Source: an uncultured Christensenella sp.
Lineage (GTDB): Bacteria > Bacillota > Clostridia > Christensenellales > UBA1242
Direction of reading: 5' to 3'
Assembly: GCA_910584815.1 (NCBI GenBank)
Contig: CAJUBT010000006.1
Coordinates: forward strand, 6,371 to 70,370
Length of the DNA: 64,000 nt
Position numbers and translations under genes: made by a program. The notes under the pieces are model-generated. The model was not told the DNA's origin. It did not search any database and worked only from the letters and a program-made list of their open reading frames with translations. Below are positions 51,901-60,900 of the stretch, in pieces (positions within the stretch are counted from its first letter, which is position 1; each line of letters begins with the position of its first letter).

Positions 51901-54900
51901 GCACCGCCTGCACCTGTTGCAGAGTTGTTAAAGATTTCGCCGCCAGAAACATTTACAACTCCGCTTTGAATGTAAATTGCACCGCCTTGGGTTAAAGCCT
52001 TATTTCCAGAAATTCTTGCTAAATAAGTAATATTAACTTCCCCACTTGAAACAAATATTGCACCGCCAACACCAGCATTGTTGTTGGAAATTACACCGCC
52101 TGTTAGGTTAATTGTGCTACCTATTGTGTAAATTGCGCCGCCTTGACCTGTAACAGTGTTACCATAAATCATTCCACCACTCATTGCTAGGTTTGCATTT
52201 TTAATGTAAATTGCACCACCATCGGCAGAAGTGTTTTCACTAATTTCGCCACCAGAAACATTTAATTTCGCACCAGAGTTAACAAAAATTGCACCACCGT
52301 TTCTAGTTGCTTTATTGCCATAAATTGCACCGCCATAAATATTTAGTTCGCCACTTTCAACATAAATTGCACCACCATCTATTTGTGCGGAGTTTTTACT
52401 TATAACGCCACCATAAATGTTAATTACGCCTGTAGAATAAATTGCACCACCAACATTGTTTATATTTGTGCCAGCAATTTTATTTTCGGTTATAGCACCT
52501 GCATTAATAGTTAATGTGCCTTTGTTGTTAATTGCGCCACCACTAACATTAACACCTGTTTGATAAGCAACAGAAGAATTTTTTATGATTGCACCAGTGT
52601 TTAAAATTAAAGTTGAGTTTTCGTCTACTCCAATTAAACCTTTAGGTGTTCCATCTGCCATACTGCTATAGCCATCTATTGTAACATCTTGTAAGGTTAA
52701 AGTTGCTCCGTTTTTAACTTGGAATAAGTAATCGCCCATACTTAAACCAATTCTCATTAAAGTAACATTTGGTGCTGATATTGTTGTGTCGGTTAAAATT
52801 TCCACTGTTTTAACAATATATATAACACCATTATTTGCACATAATGAAAGAGCTTTCTTCAAAGTTAAAACTGCATTGTTTGAATTTGCACCTGTGTTGC
52901 TATCGTTTCCATTAACAGCATCCCAGTAAATAGGAGTAGATTTAATTGAACTGCCAATAGAAACAAGTAAAGTATAATCTAAAGTGCTAGCAACAAGTTC
53001 GGCATTACTTACACCTAAAACGCTTATAACGCTTGCATTTGTTTCTATAAATGGCATTGGGTTTATTGTAACCTCTTCGCCATCGCTATAAATTTTTGTA
53101 AACGAATTTTTATAGTCTTCATCTATTCCAACTGCAACTGCACCATTTGTAACAGTAGCAGAAGAGGAAAGATAAATAGCAGAAGTTTTATCTAAATTGC
53201 CATATTGGAAAACACAAGTATCGTTGTTAGTTGTAATGCTTGTTTCAATTGCACTTGTTATATTAAGTTTGCCAGCCAAATAAATTTTGCCACTGCCACC
53301 AACACCAGTTTCGCCTGCATATCCAGCAATTGTGGCATCTTGCAAATAAAGTTTGGTGTATTGTTCGTTATTCAATTTTCCTAAGAAAATTTGAGGATAT
53401 ACTGCCCTGCCACCATTATCTAAAAATTCATTAGGAACAGTAAAGAAGTTGTTAACTATGCTGCTGTTTTCTTTTATATTTACAACACTATTATTTGCAC
53501 CAAAAGTTGAAATGCCTGCACCATATAAAACTGCATTTCTATTACTTGTTTGAATGCTGTTATTTGAAATGTTTGAATTAATAAAAGTTTCGGTTCCACC
53601 TAAACTATAAAATGCTCCATATAATGCAACAGCATCTTCTGCATCGCTTAAATATTTTGTGAAATTTGAACTAATTGTAACTTCTGTAAAAGTTGCACCA
53701 CTAGAAACTATGCCGCTTCCTGCAAGGCCAGCAACAGAATCTGCACTATTGCTTGTTAAAATGTTGTTTGAAATAACAACATTATTTAGATTACTATTGC
53801 CACCATTTGCGTTGTATATTCCTGCGCCACGCCCATTTGCAACATTGCCTGTAATTTTTGCATTGTTTAAAACATAATTACCTTCAAAATAAATGCCACC
53901 ACCAAGACCTGTGCTATTTTCATTGCCTGTTGCAATGTTTCTATCAACATTTACACCGCCGTAACTTGAAACACCAACATTAGTAACATCACTTGTTACA
54001 TTGCCAGCAACATACATTCCACCGCCAAAACCAGCTGTGTTTGTACTTAAATTTAAACCATAAATATTTACTAAACTTTCAAGATAAACACCCCCACCAT
54101 TATTAAGGGCTGTGTTACTTGTTATATCTGCACCATAGAAAACAGAAAGTGAGTTTTGTGCGATATACACACCGCCACCGTTGTTACTTGCCGAATTTTT
54201 TGTTATGTTTGCAGATAAGAAACTTGCACTTACATTGCTGCCAATGTATACAGCGCCACCGTTTACACCAGAGCAATTATAAATTGAAATATCTCTTATA
54301 TATAAATTAATGTTATTAGTTGTTGAATAAATGTGAAGAGGAGAACCATTTTCACCACCGTGGCAATTAAACATTTCTAAGTTGTTAATTGTAACATTAG
54401 GTGTTGCACCACAATCAGTAATTTCTAATGCACCCCTAGTGCCAGAAGTGTTGTTTTTAACATTATGATTTTTAAAAATAACATTTCCGCCAATGCTTAC
54501 TGGGCTGTTTGGTGCATAAATTTTTACCATTGCGCCTGTTGTTCTAATATTTCCGCCATCGAAAACAAGGGTGCCAGCCATACTATTTTTGCCAATTTCA
54601 ATTGAACTCATATTGCTAGTTTTACTACTGTTAATTTCTAACAACGCATTTGCATTAAGTATGTGCCTTGCAATAGTAATAGTTATTGGAGTATCTATTC
54701 TTAAAATTCCTTCACCATCGTTTAAGTTGTAGGTTGAAATCATATAGATAATGCCATTATCTTCCATACTGTTAAGGGCTGTTTCTAGCGAAGTTGTAAA
54801 ATAGTTATTAGCCCTATCGCCAATAGTAGAATTATTAGTGTTACCATTTACATAAAAACCATTGTAAGTGCCTTGATTAAAGTAGTAAAGGTTTTTAAAT

Positions 54901-57900
54901 CCGCCAACATAAACAAGAATTGTAAATTCACATTCAGCATAATTTGTGCTTTCTGGAACAAACTTCATTGCATAATATTGGTAGCCTTTCTTTTGTGCTG
55001 TTCTTGTGTTAGGGGCAACCCATTCAAAAGAACCTGCAATTTCAAAGCCTTCAACTTCGGCAACGCCACCTTTTATAGTTGCAGAAGATAAAGTTGTTGG
55101 ATAAGTTACACTGGAAATTGTTAAGTTTTCAACTGTTGGTAAAGTTGAAACAACAACAGTTTGCTTTCTTATAATAACATTTGCACTTGCCTGAGTTGAA
55201 ACAGGGCGCCTGTTGCTGCCAGAAGTTACAACTACATAAACAGTATATTCGCCAACATCTCTAAATGCGGTTTGACCTTCAACAAGTTCAGTTACACCTA
55301 CAACTCCAACTTGGTTTGAATAGAAAATTTGATAATCTTCCACTCCAAACACTTGAACATTAACAGTGTGTAACTCTCCATCATAATCACCAACATAATT
55401 GCTTACAATTATGTCAAAATTGGTTGGTATGCTTTCGGTTACTATGTTTGTGGAAACTGCACCAGAAGAATTTACGCTATATTCTAATTTTAGGGTTTTA
55501 GTTTCATCATCACTAAAAAATTTATCTAAATCATCAGAAGTTAAAATATAGTTAACACCGCTTGCAACCCTGCCATTTGTAGCATTAGTTTTTGCGCCTA
55601 TTAACGAACCTTCTGCCAAGGCATCTACAATGCTAAGTGCAGTTCTAACAAGGTAAAGGTTACTATCCTTACCGTTTTCACCTTGAACATAAAGGTTTTT
55701 TTCATTCTTTTCACCATTAGCAAAATTATCGGCAATATAAACTCTTCTTGCAAAGGTAAAGGAAGTTCTATCTCCATAAAAACCAGCGCCATTTCTGTTT
55801 GCGGCAATGCCGTTGCCAGAAATTGTGGTGTCGTAAACATAAATAGAACCATTGCTTACATAAACTGCACCACCTTCGCCAGAAGAATAGTTACCTTGAA
55901 TTGTAACTTCACTTAACCTTGTTGTGCCTGTGCCTATAAGGAATAATGCTCCGCCATTAGTAACATTGTTATAGGATAAATTGCTATTGAAAATGTTAAG
56001 TGCTTCTGGCCCAGAAGCATAAATTGCACCACCTTGATTTGCAGTTGATGAGAAAATGTTAACATTATTAACATCTATAATTGCGGTTGCTAAATACATT
56101 CCTCCGCCATTTGTTGCAACTGCGTTTGTAAAGGTTGTGTTTTGAATTGTGGCATAACCAGATGAAACATAAACATTTCCACCATTTAAAGCTTTATTCC
56201 CATCTCCTGTAATATTGTTAATGGTTAGGTTTCCTGTTGAATAAACAACACCACCATTAGTTTTTTGTTCGTTTCCGTTGCCATTAAATTGTGCATTTTT
56301 AATTACAATGCTTGCATTTGTTACGCTTGCAATAACACCACCATTGCCAACATAAGCAATGTTGTTTTTATCGCTGCCGCTTGCTGTTGCATAGTTGCCA
56401 ACAAACAAGCCGCTGTTTATTGTTACAAGCCCACCACTAACTGCAATTGCACCACCAAAGGTGTTGCGACTATTAGAAGAAACATAATTACCATTAAAGG
56501 TGGTTAAATTTTGTGAATTTAAACTATCCACAATTAAACTACCAAGTGTGTATATTGCCCCACCATTAAAACTTGAATTGTTGTTTGTGAAAGTGCAAGA
56601 ATAAATTTCCAATAAGGAATTTGAACCTGCATAAATTGCACCGCCACCGAAATCGGCAGAACTGCCAATGGCACTATTACCTGTAAAGGTACAATTTGTT
56701 AAAGTTGTTGTTCCTAACAAAACACACGCGCCACTGCTTGCTGTTACGCCTGTGTTGTTTCCAGTAAAGGTACAATCTATCACATCAAGTTCACAATTTT
56801 CAACAGAGTAAACTGCAGAACCAATGTTAGATTTATTGTAGTTAAATTCGCAACCCACCAAACTAAATGGGCCAGAAATTACAAAGTTAACACAACTTGC
56901 ACTATTTCCTGTTGCATTAAGAGTGTTACTTGTAAAAACACAATTTTTAATTTCTTGTTTATAGTTTGTTACTTTTAAAACGCCACCAAATTCAACGCAA
57001 GAGGTGTTACCATAAAAGGTAACTCCATCAACCAAAGTTGTTTCTCCCATTTCTACAATAGCACCTGCAAAGTTACCTTGAACAGAACTGTTTCTAAAAC
57101 TGCTTTCGGCACTGGTAAGAGAAATTATATAACCTGTTTGACCGTTGCTAAACAAGTTTTTGTTGTTGTTAACTTCGCTATCAGTAATTTCTATATTACT
57201 ATTTTTAACGCTGCTGTTTACATATATTGCTGCAAAACCTTCGTTAACTGATGCTTGGTTATTAGAAATTTCACAACCATTAACTAAAACCTTGTTAAAG
57301 GAATTGAAACTTACTCCGCCAACAATCCCGCCAGCATTGTTGTTAATGTTAGAATTTACAATTTCAACATTAGGGTAAATTTCGCTGTCGCTAACTCCAC
57401 TTACTAAAATTCCACCAACGCTTGCACCAGTATTGGCTAAAACATTGTTATTTTCTATTTTAACATTTGCCCCAGCAAAAACGCCAACAGCACCTGCACC
57501 TAACAAAATTTCTTCGCCATCGTTTGCAACGCCAGCTTTACCATTGTTGTTTTGAATTAAACAATCGGTTATATTTAAGTTTAGGTTGTTAAAGTTTTTG
57601 TTAGTAGTGCCTAAAAAGTAAATTGCACCAACGCTTGCAAAAGTTTCCTCTTCAACTTTTGTTGCAAAACCAATATTGTTGTTAAAGTTTGAAGAAGTTA
57701 TGCTTACATTTGCACACTCTTCAAAATAGAATGCACCTGCAAATTTTGAAGCTTGATTATTATTTATTTCACAATTTTCAATTAAAGTTATTCCATTAAT
57801 TGCTTCAAAATAACCTGCGCCAGCAACACCTAGTGCTTGGCTGTTTAAAACAGAAACATTACTTAATTTAACATTGTTTGCCTTAACAAAAATAGCACCA

Positions 57901-60900
57901 CCATTGTTAGATGAAAAGGAATTATCTATAGTTATGTTTTTAATTTCAACATTAGTAATGCTACCGCTAGCAACAGAATTTCTGGCATCAATATTAATTG
58001 TTCCGCCATTACCACTTGCTGTGTTATTTTTAAATGTGCCACCAAGTATGGAAATTGTGCGTTCTTGTTTTTTATCTACAAGCGTGTTACTAGTTGTTGC
58101 CCTAAGCACACCATAGTAACCAGTGTTAGAGGTAAACTCTCCGCCATTTATTGTTATTGTAGCACCACTACTTAAAGTGAAAACAGAGCCGCCATCGGTG
58201 CCATCATCTGCTGTACCATTAGAAGTGTTGCCAACGAATTTACCATTGTTTACAGTTATTGTAGAGCAATATTTTGCATATACACCACCTGCACTATAGG
58301 CTGAGCCACGATTGTTTAAAAATTCACCATTGTGAATAATTACATTGCTTACTTCACCAGTTTCTGCACCCACTTCAATTAAGCCGTTCCCAGTAACTTC
58401 GTTAGAGGAAATTAGCACTCTGTTAGCTTCATCTTCAACTTCTTCACCTAAAACTATTGTTGCATCAAAGCTTGCATTAATAAAGTTTTCAAAGCTGTTG
58501 TTTGTAACTTCAAAATTGATAATAGAAACATCTGCTAAAACGCCATAAACAAAACCTCTAACATTAGATTTTGTAAATTTTCCACCATTAATTTTGTTAA
58601 TTGCATTGCCTTGGTTAATAGAAACATTTTCGCTTGCTAATGTGTTCTTAAAGAAATATTCAGTTGTCACAATGTTAGTAAACACTCCACCCTCAATAGT
58701 CACATCACAACCTTGCATATCAAAAATGTTTATGGTTGCTTCATAATCCTTAATTTCAACATTGTCGTAAATAGTTAACGAGCTATCGTAACTATCTATC
58801 TTCATAATTCCGCTGTCGCCGTGTTTACCATCAAAAGTTATTTTGCCTTGTTTATTGTTTTGGGTGGAACCCACATAAATAAAGCAAGGGTTATATTCAT
58901 CACTTGTAAACAAATAGCCTTTTGTTTCTCTATAAAAAGTTAAATCGTGGCTACAAGAAATTTCGTAACTACCTGTAACGGAAGAAACAACAATTTCATT
59001 AACAACACAAATATCTTTAATTCCATTTTGCTCAACAATTCTTAGAGCCCTATCAAGAGTTCTAACACTAGCATTTTCTGTTAGGCCATCGTTATTATCG
59101 TTACCATTAGCACCATCTATAAAAAGAGTGTTTTGTTGTAACGCTACTCTGCTTAAAATGCGATTGTTTGCATATATACTTTCTTCAATAATTTCTATTG
59201 TATATTTTTCTGTGCTATCAACATCAAAAGTGAAACTAAGTTTGCCACTATCTGCAAAATTGCCATTTGCAATAACACCATAGCAAATAGCTTCCCCTCT
59301 ATCGTTACGCACAATTGCACTAATTTTGTTTATAACTTTGCCAAAATTGTTAACTGGCTTGTTTTTGTCTTGAGTGGTTGCATTAAAGTAATCTAAGCTA
59401 ACAGAAACATTATTTCTACCGCCAACTTCGCTTTCTGAAGTTTCTAAATTTGTAACATAAAATTTATTTTCATAAAATTGATTATCGTTAACATAAACAA
59501 GTCTTGCAGTGTTATCTACCATAGTAGAAACATTTGCAAGGTTGCTTGCTAAACTACTTGCCCTAGTTGCAGTATCTTCACCTAAAATTAAATTTATTTT
59601 AGTTATGTCTAAACTTATTGCAGGGCGAATGCCAAGGGCATTGGAATAAAAAGTTTTTTCGGTTTCTCCGTTTCCAGAAACATAATAATTTCTTAAACTT
59701 TCGCCATTATGTTCGTTAAAAGTAATTTCTTCTGGGTCAAAAGTAATGTCTCTTGTAAAGGCATAGTTAACACCCCCATTGGAATTTCTTCCTGCACCAG
59801 TTGCTATAGCATAACTTGTGCCTTGAGAAATTCTACTATCGTTTGTTTTAAAGAAATTTGTAAATTCGCTATACAAAGGCAAGTAAACTTTATCCTTTGT
59901 TGTAGGGCGATTTTCTTGTTTAACAGTTATTTTTTGACAATCAGATGGAATTTCACTTTCAGTTTCGGCAACATAAACTTTGCTGTTAACATCAATTGAG
60001 CCTGAACCTTTAGCATAAAACTTGTAAGTTGTGTCGAAATAGTGATAGTTTGTTCTTTCATCTCCGCCACGGGTTCCGCTGTTGTATAAGGCAAAGATGT
60101 CGTTTGTTGTTCTATCTTCGGCTATTAAAACTTCTTGTTCAAGGCTATTAAAGGCTTGGGTTACAAAATTATGATAATTTGAATAATCGTAAGTGTAAGG
60201 GGTTTCGCTGGTTGTTGATTTTAAACTTGCTCTTGTGCCATTTAAATAAGCCCTTAAAGTAGAGTAAGCATAAGAGTAAGTTAGAATATCGTTATTTTTG
60301 CTTGTAAACAAAACATTTTTTGCAACAAGGTTAATTGCATTTTCTTTGTTAGCAATAACAACCCATTCAATTGGTTCAACTTTAAAATAATATGAGTTGC
60401 CAGCAACATAAGGGTTTGTGTACTCAGCATTGTTTGTAAAAATTGGCAATTCGCCAGAAATGTTTGAGTCTGTTTGCTTTCCTGCATAGGTATGTAATAA
60501 ATAATCTCCGCTTACAAATTCAACAAATTTATCTCCTTCCTGCAACTCTCCCAATTTTTTGTTAATTGTAAAATAACCCGTGTTAGAGTTATAACTCAAA
60601 TCGGCATTGGAAATTATTCCATCTTCTTTAGATTTGCAGATGGCATCTAGTGTAAATTCAACAATAGGCACAACACTATCTTGTTTTATGTTTGAAGTGC
60701 CATCCTCATTAAACCAAGTAGATAAGCCACTTTCAAATTTAAGCTTGTTAACAAGGGTAGACAAACTTCTGGAAGTTGCATCATCAATTTGATTTTGAGG
60801 GTACTCGCCAAACTTTAGCGTTTTGCCAACACTATAGGAAGTGGCAACATCATCCTGCGCTAAAGCTGTGGTTATTTTACCTGTTAAAAAACAAGCACCA

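Noticed and set aside
51400-52500. CRISPR-like regular recurrence of AAATTGCACC[GA]CC, most often ~70-80 nt apart.
   Set aside because: It lies inside a continuous ORF and encodes the GGAI[YF] turn of a beta-helix. The repeats are degenerate and there are no spacers or cas genes. It is a coding periodicity.
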